Source of the DNA: Candidatus Scalindua sp.
GTDB taxonomy: Bacteria > Planctomycetota > Brocadiia > Brocadiales > Scalinduaceae
Assembly: GCA_031316235.1 (NCBI GenBank)
Contig: JALDRA010000001.1
Location: 2,070,001 to 2,102,000 of the forward strand
DNA: 32,000 nucleotides
Reading direction: 5' to 3'
Positions 17,268 through 27,644 of this stretch are shown piece after piece (position 1 is the stretch's first letter; every line of letters begins with the position of its first letter). A program made the translations under genes and the position numbers. Below the pieces are notes generated by a model, which saw only the letters and a program-made list of their open reading frames with translations, did not search any database and had not been told where the DNA came from.

Positions 17268-19234
17268 ACATTTTCAAAAGCAATGCTTCCGTCTCGGTAA
17301 TGCTTAACTTGAGTGTAATCCTGCATGACAGCCTCTACATTTTCTATGAAGGTCCTTATTCCATATTTTTTTCCAAATTTCGGCAATATCTCTTTACGGA
17401 GTTCATCAAGAATATGTTCAGCTTTATCCTGCTGAGTCAGGACTTCTATACGCAACCTGTCTCTTTTTGAATATCCTGTGCCGCCGCACAGAATGGTCGT
17501 GAAGTCCCTTACCCCATGATAGTGCAATTCATGTTCAAGCAGGGATTGAAGGTTTGAATCCGCAAATATAATTATACGCCTGGTCTTTTCAAGGCCTCTC
17601 CTGTGAATGGAAAGAGGATGGCTGGAAAGTGGTTTATGGTCGTTTAGCCCGATTACTTTCAATGTGAGGTTTTTCTGTCTGAAGTCATCCCTCATTTCAT
17701 GAAGTTTTTTCATGACACTGTGATCTACCATTACGGTGTCTCTCAAATCAACTACAACGTTTTTATTTTGAGCCAATCCTGCATTTTCGATCACTCTCTT
17801 AAATGGGAGCCAGTTACTGAAGTTAATCGACTGTGCAGCGTTTATAGTGCACGTATTGCCGCTAATTTGAACGGCATCAAGATTCAGTTTGAAAAACGAA
17901 CGTAACGGCGACCCGTTAATATAATGTATCAGAAACTTTATTCCTATCCCGACAGCAATACCGATAATCAGATCCGTTGCCAGAACGGCAATTACGGTAA
18001 CCACAAATATAAATAACTGTATTCTTCCAATCGAGTAGACGTGTGAATACTCCCGGGGTGCTGTTAATTGAAAACCTGTGTACACGAGCATTGCTGCCAG
18101 GGCAGCGAGTGGGATATGATGTAACAGGAAAGGCACAGAACCCACAAAAAGAAGCAGAAACAACCCGTGGTATAAATTGGCAAAACGGGTACGTGCCCCA
18201 TTATCAATATTTGCCTTGCTGCGAACAATTTCAGAAATTATAGGAAGGCCTCCGATAAACGCACAGATGGTATTTGCGATTCCAACGGCAAGCATGTCAC
18301 GGTTAAGGTTGGTCTTGCGTTTCCAGGGGTCTATGATGTCAATCGCCTTTGCGCTGAGCAGAGACTCCAGGCTGCCTATCAGGGCGAACATGATTACCCA
18401 TTTCCACCCGGAAAATGTCATTAATGCTGAAAAGTCAGGGTGGGTGATTGCCTTGAACATATTACCCGGAACAGTGACGAGAAACTCTTCACCGACCCTG
18501 TATTCATGTCCTTCAAAAGAGTAGGTGTGTTCATGGGAAAGGTTGAAATATATTCCTAACGGTACGGCAAACATCAGTACAAGCATGGGTGTCGGCATCA
18601 TCTTGACGTATCTGTTCCTGATCAGAGGGACCCCGAACATAATTGCCAGGCTCCCGGCTCCAATCGCCGCGATACATGGGTTCATATGTATTATCTTTGC
18701 GGGAATTGACAGGAGCAACTCAAAAGGTTCTCCCCCGGCATTGCCTCCCATCGCGATAGGAAATTGTTTGAGTATGATGATGATGCCTATTGCGGCCAGC
18801 ATTCCGTGCACCACTGACAGGGGGAAGAATTCGCCCAGGGATCCAACCCGGAGCAGGCCAAAAATGATCTGGATACAACCGGCAGCAACACCAACTCCCA
18901 GAGCAAGCTGGTAGGCATGCAAATCCGCCGCAGGGTCCTGGCCGCCGGTAAATCCAAATTCCGTTATCGCGCCGATGGCAATCACGATGAGGCCGGCAGC
19001 GGGCCCTTTAATTGTAAGCTCTGAGTTGCTGATAAAGGTTGTAAGAACAGCGCCAATAATAGCGGAAAATATACCCGCTATCGCCGGGTATCCGCAAGCC
19101 ATGGAAATCCCCAGGCATAATGGAAGCGCTATCAAGAAAACCAGGAATCCGGAAATAAGGTCTTTCTGGAAATTCTGTTTCAACCTCGAAATACCTGTTT
19201 TTGGAATTTGCAATTCAGTATGTAATTTTGACAT
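17264..19234 (-). CDS. SulP-family anion transporter with STAS domain and extra ~105-aa C-terminal PII-like domain
   Basis: SulP core: FLVFLIALPLCLGISMACGYPAIAGIFSAIIG, TIKGPAAGL. STAS-like region: NVVVDLRDTVMVDHSVMKKLHEMRDDF..LTLKVIGL. I prefer the start at ATG 19234 (GGAG 12 nt upstream). The track start at 19285 lies inside a repeat and inverted-repeat element. Confidence 0.85.
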   Translation of the reverse strand: MSKLHTELQIPKTGISRLKQNFQKDLISGFLVFLIALPLCLGISMACGYPAIAGIFSAIIGAVLTTFISNSELTIKGPAAGLIVIAIGAITEFGFTGGQDPAADLHAYQLALGVGVAAGCIQIIFGLLRVGSLGEFFPLSVVHGMLAAIGIIIILKQFPIAMGGNAGGEPFELLLSIPAKIIHMNPCIAAIGAGSLAIMFGVPLIRNRYVKMMPTPMLVLMFAVPLGIYFNLSHEHTYSFEGHEYRVGEEFLVTVPGNMFKAITHPDFSALMTFSGWKWVIMFALIGSLESLLSAKAIDIIDPWKRKTNLNRDMLAVGIANTICAFIGGLPIISEIVRSKANIDNGARTRFANLYHGLFLLLFVGSVPFLLHHIPLAALAAMLVYTGFQLTAPREYSHVYSIGRIQLFIFVVTVIAVLATDLIIGIAVGIGIKFLIHYINGSPLRSFFKLNLDAVQISGNTCTINAAQSINFSNWLPFKRVIENAGLAQNKNVVVDLRDTVMVDHSVMKKLHEMRDDFRQKNLTLKVIGLNDHKPLSSHPLSIHRRGLEKTRRIIIFADSNLQSLLEHELHYHGVRDFTTILCGGTGYSKRDRLRIEVLTQQDKAEHILDELRKEILPKFGKKYGIRTFIENVEAVMQDYTQVKHYRDGSIAFENV

Positions 19235-19272
19235 AATTTTGTTTTCTCCACTCACCGGTTTCAAGTATACTA

Positions 19273-19454
19273 AGGAGCTGTTCAAAAAAAACTTGGCCTT
19301 TTTTCATCTCATTTTCAGGTCATCGTCGTCTGCTCTTTAGTCGCTAAATTCTAAACGTATCGAACGGCTACGCTTGCGGTTCAGCTCGTGCAGATTGAAC
19401 AAACCTGATCTAAACTTGAGCGCTAAAAGACCAAGTTATTTTTGAACAGCTCCT
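19273..19454. repeat. 26-bp terminal inverted repeat enclosing ~130 bp (MITE-like element or long structured leader)
   Basis: aggagctgttcaaaaaaaacttggcc (19273-19298) pairs with the complement of gaccaagttatttttgaacagctcct (19429-19454), 24 of 26 matches. Additional nested complementarity occurs inside (ctttagtcgct.. / ..agcgctaaaag). Confidence 0.7.
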
Positions 19455-19478
19455 GAAACGATTGGGTTTTAGATTTTT

Positions 19479-19587
19479 CTAAAAACCAAAGCATGGCTGC
19501 TGGTATCCCCGGATAAAATGCACCGAGGACCTTACTTACTCGGTTTTTTCGCAGATTTTATCAGGAAACTATTAAAAGATGAGTATA
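19479..19587 (+). repeat. REP/BIME-like mosaic (degenerate b + module 3 + c)
   Basis: ctaaaaaccaaagcatggctgctggtat + ccccggataaaatgcaccgaggaccttacttactc + ggttttttcgcagattttatcaggaaactattaaaagatgagtata. The module order is the same as 28418-28528. Confidence 0.7.
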
Positions 19588-19771
19588 ATGCAGTCAAATC
19601 GAGATAATTGGAGGGGTGCTTTGCGAAACTTACTCTGTTTGCTTAAAAGGCTTGACGCAAAGTGCAGGAGACGCTTATAACATCCATGCCCCTTTGTAAA
19701 AACATCGAATCACTCTTTTTCTCATCAGCAGCAGGCCCCGCAAAAGGAACCGAATCGATTCAAAGTTCACT

Positions 19772-20737
19772 CTATATTCTAACCATCTTGTAGGCAGTCC
19801 TGAATATGACGAGCAGCATACCGGAACCAAAGCATCCAATTGCCACCAGTGTGAGCGGGATACTTGGATTGTTCTTTACGGTGAAAACTACTGCAGTGGA
19901 GGTGTTTATGTCAATAAATGTTAACTCTTTCCCAAGAATATTTTGTCTATTCTGTTTGCCAATGGGGAGATACATTTGATTGTTTTTTGTCTCCCCGCCT
20001 TGTGAAACGAACATGGCAACAGGGAGTCGAACTCTTGGAGGAAGGAATATATCAGCAAGATACACTTTTGTTCCGTTTATCGTAACGGCATCACCTACCC
20101 TCAAATCGTATGCCTCTCCACTGACATCCAGGATAATTGATTCCGGCATGTTGCCATAGGTACTGAGTAGAATCTCTTTTGCACCGTGATCCAGAACAAT
20201 GGGGTTGTTGTATCCAAGGACACGTTCAATCTCCTGCCCATTTCTTCTTAACTTCATGGTTGCATAAATCCGTTTGGGCATTCCATTGGGATACGAGGTA
20301 GAGTTAAAATCTTCAACCTTGATCTCAAAGTCATCGGTTGCAACCCATGAACCCGCAACCGTAATCGGTGTGCCTGATTCTGATCCTATACCTCCTATTA
20401 AGTGTGCGGCAAGAGTAATCAGAAATCCAATATGTACTATGGAAGCCCCATATAAAGGAAATTTTCGAGTTCGGGTTCTTATCTTCCTGACAACGGAGTC
20501 GAGGGTACAGAAAAAAATAGAGATTCCGTACATGATGAAGGCGAGAAACATCACATAGAACCAGATGTGAATGGGGTGGACTTCCTGAAAGAAGAATTTG
20601 ATATCTTCTCCTGAAAGCCCTGCATAATACTGTGGCCAATAATTCATGATCAGGCTTCCAATGATCATGAGGCCGGTTACGGTGAATCCGGTAATGATTC
20701 CCGTTTTCTGGGATGTCAGGAAGTTGTATACTTTCAT
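19772..20737 (-). CDS. ccsB: System II cytochrome c biogenesis protein CcsB/ResB (short form)
   Basis: 321-aa ORF with N-terminal TM segments, ASIVHIGFLITLAAHLIGG, a soluble middle region and a C-terminal TM. It lies immediately downstream of ccsA on the same strand. Confidence 0.7.
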   Translation of the reverse strand: MKVYNFLTSQKTGIITGFTVTGLMIIGSLIMNYWPQYYAGLSGEDIKFFFQEVHPIHIWFYVMFLAFIMYGISIFFCTLDSVVRKIRTRTRKFPLYGASIVHIGFLITLAAHLIGGIGSESGTPITVAGSWVATDDFEIKVEDFNSTSYPNGMPKRIYATMKLRRNGQEIERVLGYNNPIVLDHGAKEILLSTYGNMPESIILDVSGEAYDLRVGDAVTINGTKVYLADIFLPPRVRLPVAMFVSQGGETKNNQMYLPIGKQNRQNILGKELTFIDINTSTAVVFTVKNNPSIPLTLVAIGCFGSGMLLVIFRTAYKMVRI

Positions 20738-20780
20738 GTATTGCTCGTTTTATAGAGGTTTTTGTGAAATATTGTCTTGC

Positions 20781-21542
20781 TTAAAATCGGTGAGAACTCA
20801 GGGTAAAGAAACTTGTGCCGACATACGTAGTGAGCAGTATGATAAAGCCAACCAGGGCTAAAGGTGTCTTGAATTTTTTTGCTTCAGTCCAGTAATCCAG
20901 ATGGATGCACGTTGCATAAAAGAACCATATAATCACCGACCAGAGAACCTTGGCATCCCACATGAAGTATGAGCCCCAGGCAACAAATCCCCAGAGGCCT
21001 CCAAATATCATTGATATCGAAAATGCTATAAAGCCATACTGAAACCCGAAATCTATTACCTGCTCAAATCGTCTCTGATTGCCGGATGAGAAATACCTCG
21101 CCAATGCAGCTGCTGATGAACTTGTCCATAAGGCATAACAGAAGAAAGATATCGGGACGTGAAGGAGATACCAGATTGTTAACATGAGCGGTGGTGCGTA
21201 GCTGAGATCTTTAGGGAAAAAAGAGGCAGCAACTAAAAAGCAGTATCCAACACAAAAAAGAGCGATCCGGTAGACATAGCTCTCTATTTTAGAGTTACAT
21301 AAAAGGACAATAAATGTGGCAAGGGCAAAACCACTGAATGATTCAAACTTGTTTGTTAATGGAAAGTATTCTATGGCGATGCCTCTGAACGTTATCGCAG
21401 ATGCATGGAGAATTATACCGCCCAATAGTACAGAGAATCTTGTTTTTTTCCCCAGAAAGCCTGTTATCCAGTAAGAAGTATAGATAAAGAGTGAACACCA
21501 AAAAAAGATAACAGATAATTTGATCAGAAATTGTGGATTCAT
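20781..21542 (-). CDS. ccsA: System II cytochrome c biogenesis protein CcsA (heme handling, WWD motif)
   Basis: Trp-rich motif GGLWGFVAWGSYFMWDAKVLWSVIIWFFYATCIHL. Polytopic, with candidate conserved His residues (LLHVP, CIHL). Confidence 0.8.
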   Translation of the reverse strand: MNPQFLIKLSVIFFWCSLFIYTSYWITGFLGKKTRFSVLLGGIILHASAITFRGIAIEYFPLTNKFESFSGFALATFIVLLCNSKIESYVYRIALFCVGYCFLVAASFFPKDLSYAPPLMLTIWYLLHVPISFFCYALWTSSSAAALARYFSSGNQRRFEQVIDFGFQYGFIAFSISMIFGGLWGFVAWGSYFMWDAKVLWSVIIWFFYATCIHLDYWTEAKKFKTPLALVGFIILLTTYVGTSFFTLSSHRF

Positions 21543-21795
21543 TAGTTTTTGTATGTATACATTAAGTAAAAGCTATCGGTCAGGTGAAATAGGTAAAATG
21601 GACAATCCTCAGGTAAAAAACCCTGCTTTTTGGCAAATTTACTGCATGGTTTCGGTTCCAGACAATAAATTTGCCTTTTTCATTCCCGAATGATGGGATT
21701 GCTATCGCAGAAACGTATTTAATTGCGCACAAAAGCCTGCCAACACTTCTCGTTTCCCACTAACAAGAGTGGTAATCTCTCAAAATTCTCCAATT

Positions 21796-23115
21796 TTAGT
21801 GTGTGAGGCTGAATGTATCTTCTATAGTCTCTTCTTTTGATTTTCCAATTGGTTTAGGTTTCATTTCCTGATGGACACCACCTAAGCTTCCGTGTTCAGA
21901 AGTACCTGAAGGTGCAACGCCCTGCATCCCTCCATGGGGAGACGCGCCGTACTCACCGCCGTGTGGGGAAGCACTGCCGTGCATGCTGCCATGACCGCCC
22001 GATGGCTCCGTCAACAAAATCTCTGTATTGGCATTCTTTGTCAGGTTTCCGATCAATTCAATAGTTTTACCATTAAAGAGCGTTGTTTTTACTTTATCCC
22101 GCACTTCTTCGAATGTTACATCTTTCCCCTCCTGTTTATCGCTAACCTTTAAAATGTGATAACCATATTCAGTCTTTACCGGATCACTGATGGTGTTAAC
22201 GTCCATGGCAAAAGCGGCATCGGTGAAAGATTTTGTCATCTCTTTTCTCGTAATGGTTCCCAATTCTCCGCCATTTTGTGCCGAAGGACATTCAGAGTAT
22301 TTTTCAACGAGTTCAACAAAATCAGCCCCTTTGTCAAGCTCAGCCTTTATAGTGCCTATCTGTTCTTTTACCTTAGTTAAACTTTCCTCATCCTTGAGAT
22401 TTCTTGTATCCAGGAAAATATGGCTTACTGTTACGGTTTCTCCGCGGAATGCACTCAAATTCTCATTAAAATGCTTTATTAAATCATCTTCGGTAGTAGT
22501 CTTATTCAAATAATCGTCTATCGAGAAGGAGATATCTAGCGCAACCCTCAGCTCATCTATACTTCCGCCTTGATCTTCCAGGATCTCCTCGAGAGATTTA
22601 TCCTGAGTTTCAGGATTCTTTTTCAGGTTTTCCCGATATATTTTTATTTCCTCCTCAACTCGAGCCGGATCTACCGTAATGTTTTCTTTCTTGATGAATT
22701 GCTTCAGCAGAACTTGTGTGATCAGGTCTTTTAATATCTGATTTTCGATAAGGCGCATACCTGATCTGCTCGCCTTATCTTTTATCTTGCCAACTATCCT
22801 GTCAAGTTCAATGCGAAGAATGTTTTCACCGTTGACGACCGCTATAACCTCGTTGGGATCGTGTTTGAAATCCAACCCTTCATGTATTTTTGCCAGATCA
22901 TACTTTCCGTCTGATTCGGCAAAATCATGGGGATCTTTACCTTTATTCAACTTGGCAAGGTCGTCAGCTTCCATCTTCAACGCCTGCTGTTCAAAATTCA
23001 GGTTTGTAGGGCCGGAGGAAGAATAATGTCCCTTATCATCACTTTTCCCGCATCCATTTATCAGCGGGAGTAAAAAACCGAAAGAAAGTAGTGTAATAAT
23101 AATTTTTGTTTTCAT
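21796..23115 (-). CDS. lipoprotein peptidyl-prolyl cis-trans isomerase (parvulin/PrsA-SurA-like) with His/Gly-rich C-terminal tail
   Basis: Lipobox LLPLINGC follows MKTKIIITLLSFGF, with the start at ATG 23115. Parvulin domain: VTVSHIF......ADF..LV.KYSECPSAQNGGELG...R..M...F..AAF......ISDPV.TEYGYHILKV. Tail: GGHGSMHGSASPHGGEYGASPHGGMQG...SEHGSLGGVH. Confidence 0.8.
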   Translation of the reverse strand: MKTKIIITLLSFGFLLPLINGCGKSDDKGHYSSSGPTNLNFEQQALKMEADDLAKLNKGKDPHDFAESDGKYDLAKIHEGLDFKHDPNEVIAVVNGENILRIELDRIVGKIKDKASRSGMRLIENQILKDLITQVLLKQFIKKENITVDPARVEEEIKIYRENLKKNPETQDKSLEEILEDQGGSIDELRVALDISFSIDDYLNKTTTEDDLIKHFNENLSAFRGETVTVSHIFLDTRNLKDEESLTKVKEQIGTIKAELDKGADFVELVEKYSECPSAQNGGELGTITRKEMTKSFTDAAFAMDVNTISDPVKTEYGYHILKVSDKQEGKDVTFEEVRDKVKTTLFNGKTIELIGNLTKNANTEILLTEPSGGHGSMHGSASPHGGEYGASPHGGMQGVAPSGTSEHGSLGGVHQEMKPKPIGKSKEETIEDTFSLTH

Positions 23116-23354
23116 AATATAACTATATTCCTCATGAGTTAAGCATAAAAATAAATACAGAACGTATTTATTGTAATGCAATAATGGAGATTGTCAAAAA
23201 AAAAAGAGAGACAAAATAGATACGAGAATGGGCAAATGAGCGTAATTTAGAATAAGTAGAATTTTTACACAGTTTATAGTATATTACGTGAGCTTACGCC
23301 GTACGATTGGAAAACAGACTATTTTTAAGAGCTTTAATAAGGTAAAGAGGGGGC

Positions 23355-24896
23355 ATGAAGATGGAAATAGTAACAAAATTTAGTACGCCGGAGATGGAAT
23401 CAACAGAGGCGTTGGTAATTGGCTTGTTTGAAAATTCTAAAAATATACCGCCTGAATTAGAAAGCTGCAATAAATCCTCTGGGAGAATAATAACCCATCT
23501 GCTTCAGAGCAGAGATTTTCGTGGAAAGCTAAACGAAACGGTGATGGTTCCGACGTACAAGAAAATTTCTCCAAAGAGGATTGTATTGGTTGGTTTGGGT
23601 AAATTTGAAGAGTTCTCTCTTGATAAAATCAGGCAGGCGTATGGTACGGCTGGCAGGTTGATGCAAACCATGCAACTCAATAATTTTTCCCTTGTGCTCT
23701 CCAGCGGGAAGGACGTATCGGTAGAAGACACCTCTCGATCAATAGTAGAGGGTATTGTCTTATCTCTTTACCATTTTACGATGTATAAGACGCTAAAAAA
23801 GGGGGAGAAAACCAGCATCGATAGTATTTCCCTGCTCGTACAGGATAAGGCCGTTCTTGCCTCGGTCAGGGCTGCAGTCAAAAGTGCCCGAACAGTTGCA
23901 GATGCCGTCTGTTTTACTCGTGACATGGTAAATATGTCTGGAAGTGATGCGACTCCCTCTTACCTTGCAAATAAAGCAAGAGAGATAGCGAAAAAAACAG
24001 ACATCAAATGTACTGTTTTATCAGAACCTGAGCTGAAGAGAATTGGCATGGGAGGCGTTCTGGGTGTTGCCAGAGGCAGCTCCGAACCGCCGAAATTTGT
24101 CATCCTTGAGCATAAGGCCGCGAAAAAGACCGATGAGACGATAGTCATCATCGGTAAGGGGTTAACCTTCGACTCAGGCGGTCTCTGCCTGAAACCGGGT
24201 AAAGACATGGATCTGATGAAAGGAGATATGGCAGGTGGCGCAGCAATTTTAGGTACCTTTATGGCAATATCTCATCTTAAACCATCAGTAAATGTTATTG
24301 GACTGATTCCGTGTGTTGAAAATATGCCTAATGACAAGGCCTTGAAGCCTGGTGATATTATAAAATGTTTATCAGGAAAGACCGTTGAGGTTATCAATAC
24401 AGATGCGGAGGGGCGCTTGATCCTGGCTGATGCCCTTACGTATGCAAAAAGATATAAGCCTGATGCGGTAATTGACATTGCCACGTTAACGGGTTCTTGT
24501 GTTGTTGCCCTGGGAACCTTTGCATCAGGGATGTTTGGTAATCACAGTGAGCTGAAGGAGAGGATAAGAAAAGCGGGTGAAAATTGCTGCGAAAAGGTGT
24601 GGGAATTGCCTCTCTGGGATGAATATCAGGAGTTGATCAAGAGCCACATTGCCGATATTAAAAATATAGGAGGGAAATACGGAGGTTCTATTACGGCGGC
24701 CTGTTTTCTCAGCAATTTTGTAGATGATTTTCCCTGGGTACACCTTGATATTGCAGGGACTTTTATGGTAGAGAAGGATACTCCCTATGTACGAAGAGGT
24801 GCAACGGGAGTAGGTGTTCGGTTGCTTATACATTTAATTCAGAACTGGAAAACGATACCGGATGTCGGCAAAAAGAGCAAAAAAAAGGGTAAATAA
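23355..24896 (+). CDS. pepA: leucyl aminopeptidase (M17 family)
   Basis: 513-aa ORF with [26 protein letters not shown] and [10 protein letters not shown]. Confidence 0.9.
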   Translation: MKMEIVTKFSTPEMESTEALVIGLFENSKNIPPELESCNKSSGRIITHLLQSRDFRGKLNETVMVPTYKKISPKRIVLVGLGKFEEFSLDKIRQAYGTAGRLMQTMQLNNFSLVLSSGKDVSVEDTSRSIVEGIVLSLYHFTMYKTLKKGEKTSIDSISLLVQDKAVLASVRAAVKSARTVADAVCFTRDMVNMSGSDATPSYLANKAREIAKKTDIKCTVLSEPELKRIGMGGVLGVARGSSEPPKFVILEHKAAKKTDETIVIIGKGLTFDSGGLCLKPGKDMDLMKGDMAGGAAILGTFMAISHLKPSVNVIGLIPCVENMPNDKALKPGDIIKCLSGKTVEVINTDAEGRLILADALTYAKRYKPDAVIDIATLTGSCVVALGTFASGMFGNHSELKERIRKAGENCCEKVWELPLWDEYQELIKSHIADIKNIGGKYGGSITAACFLSNFVDDFPWVHLDIAGTFMVEKDTPYVRRGATGVGVRLLIHLIQNWKTIPDVGKKSKKKGK

Positions 24897-27423
24897 ATCA
24901 TCTATTGATAATAGTATATCAATAAAAGGTGCGAGATTACATAACCTGAAAAATATTAACATCAATATACCAAGGGACACCCTTGTAGTAATTACGGGTG
25001 TCAGCGGTTCAGGTAAATCTTCATTGGCATTTGATACCATTTATGCTGAAGGACAGAGGCGTTATATAGAGAGTCTTTCATCGTATGCCAGGCAATTTCT
25101 TGATCAAATGCAGAAACCGGATGTCGATATTATAGAAGGCCTTCCGCCAACCATTGCCATTGAACAACGCACAAGCCATTCAGGACCACGTTCCACAGTC
25201 GCCACAACAACCGAGATATATGATTACTTGCGGCTCCTGTTTGCGAAAGTAGGGACTCCCTACTGTTTCAATTGCGGAATTGCCATTACCAGACAAAACG
25301 TAGATCAGATCTTGCAAAGGGTAAACCTTATTTCTGAAGGTTCCAGGATTATTATTCTTGCACCCGTTATTAAAGGCAAGAAGGGGGAACACAAAGAGGT
25401 CTTCCAGGCGATAAGGCGGAAGGGGTTTGTCCGTGTCCGGGTTGACGGGATTATTGTAGACCTGAACGCGGAAATGAAACTCAGCCGGTATAAAATACAT
25501 ACTATTGAAATTGTTATTGACCGTTTGGTCATCAAGGAAGATTTTCGTAAAAGGCTGTATGATTCCATCATCACGGCATTGGAATTGGGTGACGGAGTAG
25601 TCATTGTCTCCCGGGAAAAGGGTAACAAATGGGATGATATCGTTTTCAGTGAACGGTATTCCTGCCCGCAGTGCGGGTTGGGGTATGAAGAACTCGCCCC
25701 GAGAATGTTTTCCTTTAACAGTCCATACGGTGCATGCCAGGTGTGTGAAGGTCTTGGCATGGAATCAGTTGATGACACGGATGAAGGGTCTGTGGATTAT
25801 CGTATCTGCGATGCCTGCAATGGCGCTCGGTTAAGGCCAGAGGTGCTAGCGGTAAAAATTGAAGGAAAATCGATTCATGAAGTTGCTGCAATGACAGTGG
25901 AAAAAGCATTTTCCTTTTTTCAATCTGTTGAGTTTGGGAGTAATCAAGAAATTATCGCAAAAGGTATTGTAAAGGAAATTCTGCTACGCTTAAACTTTAT
26001 GCTCGATATAGGGCTCTATTATTTAACCTTGGACAGGAGAAGTAATTCGCTTTCCGGTGGGGAGGTACAGAGGATTAGATTGTCAACACAGGTGGGTACG
26101 GGATTAACCGGAGCATGTTACGTTTTAGATGAGCCGACGATCGGTTTGCATCAGAGAGATAATGACAAATTGATTCAGACATTAAAAAAAATGAAAGAGT
26201 TGGGGAATACTGTCATTATCGTGGAACATGATGAGACAACCATCCGCAATGCTGATTATGTGATCGATCTGGGGCCTGGTGCCGGGGAACATGGCGGTAG
26301 TGTCGTTGCAGAGGGTTCAGTGGAAGAGATCATTTCCTGCAAAGACTCATTAACCTCTCAATACCTCACCCGTAAACTCAGGATTGAAATTCCCCGGTTT
26401 CGAAAAAAAGCAGACCTGAACAACTCGATCGTGATAAAAGATGCAAGGGAAAACAATCTGAAATCAATTGATGTCAGTATTCCGTTACGGCTGTTCTGCT
26501 GCATAACAGGAGTCTCCGGATCAGGCAAGAGCACATTGGTGAACCATATTCTGTACAAGGCTTTAATGAATGAGCTCTATGGAAGCCTCCAGAAGCCCGG
26601 CAAATTTGACAGAATAATTGGTATGGAAAAGATCGACAAGGTCATCGATATAGATCAGTCACCGATTGGGCGGACACCGCGTTCCAACCCGGCTACCTAT
26701 ACAAATCTGTTTAATCATATCAGGAATATTCTTGCTCAGACAAAGGAATCGAAGATGCGGGGGTACACTCCTGCACGTTACAGTTTTAATGTGAAAGGCG
26801 GGAGGTGTGAACTTTGTGGTGGACAGGGGACGAAGAGAGTATCCATGCACTTTCTTCCCGATATGTTTATCGAGTGCGAGCAGTGCAGGGGGAAGAGGTA
26901 CAATGCGGAAACGCTGGAAATAACCTATAAGGGCAAAAGTATTTCCGACATTCTCGATTTGAGTGTGGATGAAGCGTATGATTTCTTCAGGAACATTCCG
27001 AGTATCGAACGTATCCTTCGGACACTGCGTGAGGTCGGATTGGGATATATAACGCTGGGGCAATCCAGCACTACCATTTCGGGAGGTGAGGCACAGAGGG
27101 TGAAACTCTCTACCGAACTTGCAAAACAGAGTACCGGTAAGACACTTTACATCCTGGACGAACCGACTACGGGTCTGCACTTTGCAGACATTCACAATCT
27201 TTTAAAGATACTGCACAGATTGGCTGACAGGGGAAATAGCGTTGTCGTTATTGAACATAATCTTGATGTGATTAAGACTGCGGACTATATAATCGATATG
27301 GGGCCTGAAGGAGGGGATAAAGGGGGTGAGATTGTTGCCTGCGGAACCCCGGAAGAAGTTGCTGCGAGTAAGAGCTCATATACGGGGATGTATTTGAAGA
27401 GGGAGTTATCTTTGATGAAATAA
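24862..27423 (+). CDS. uvrA: excinuclease ABC subunit A (UvrA), short form lacking the insertion domain
   Basis: Two ABC modules ([46 protein letters not shown]) and Zn-module cysteines CFNCG, CPQCG, CQVCEG, CDACNG, CELCGG, CEQCRG. It is 853 aa, whereas my recollection of canonical UvrA is ~940. Confidence 0.9.
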   Translation: MSAKRAKKRVNKSSIDNSISIKGARLHNLKNININIPRDTLVVITGVSGSGKSSLAFDTIYAEGQRRYIESLSSYARQFLDQMQKPDVDIIEGLPPTIAIEQRTSHSGPRSTVATTTEIYDYLRLLFAKVGTPYCFNCGIAITRQNVDQILQRVNLISEGSRIIILAPVIKGKKGEHKEVFQAIRRKGFVRVRVDGIIVDLNAEMKLSRYKIHTIEIVIDRLVIKEDFRKRLYDSIITALELGDGVVIVSREKGNKWDDIVFSERYSCPQCGLGYEELAPRMFSFNSPYGACQVCEGLGMESVDDTDEGSVDYRICDACNGARLRPEVLAVKIEGKSIHEVAAMTVEKAFSFFQSVEFGSNQEIIAKGIVKEILLRLNFMLDIGLYYLTLDRRSNSLSGGEVQRIRLSTQVGTGLTGACYVLDEPTIGLHQRDNDKLIQTLKKMKELGNTVIIVEHDETTIRNADYVIDLGPGAGEHGGSVVAEGSVEEIISCKDSLTSQYLTRKLRIEIPRFRKKADLNNSIVIKDARENNLKSIDVSIPLRLFCCITGVSGSGKSTLVNHILYKALMNELYGSLQKPGKFDRIIGMEKIDKVIDIDQSPIGRTPRSNPATYTNLFNHIRNILAQTKESKMRGYTPARYSFNVKGGRCELCGGQGTKRVSMHFLPDMFIECEQCRGKRYNAETLEITYKGKSISDILDLSVDEAYDFFRNIPSIERILRTLREVGLGYITLGQSSTTISGGEAQRVKLSTELAKQSTGKTLYILDEPTTGLHFADIHNLLKILHRLADRGNSVVVIEHNLDVIKTADYIIDMGPEGGDKGGEIVACGTPEEVAASKSSYTGMYLKRELSLMK

Positions 27424-27644
27424 ATCTTTTGTAAGTACCTCTTCGGGTAAGTCATCAATAAAAATTGTTTATTGGCTTTGGTAGTAAGGTATGAAATTTA
27501 CGGGTAACAATCCGGCATCGAAAAGACCCCTCCCGGCCATTCTTTCCAAGTGTATGATCAGAGCAGAAGCTCTCTTTGCACACGATGGATAGCGTGTGTA
27601 AAGAGAGAGATAAGTATATTAATGAATGAAATAGGAGATTTTCC

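Noticed and set aside
19235-19285. Longer N-terminus (MNSSLVYLKPVSGENKI) for the SulP gene
   Set aside because: These codons are encoded by the AGTATAC junction and the left arm of the 26-bp inverted repeat. The ATG at 19234 has a GGAG at proper spacing.
24862-24896. The 35-nt overlap between the pepA 3' end and the uvrA start as a sign of a mis-called start or frameshift
   Set aside because: There is no alternative in-frame ATG before the conserved UvrA N-terminus ([14 protein letters not shown]). The overlap may be real or a non-ATG start may be used, and the sequence alone cannot resolve this.
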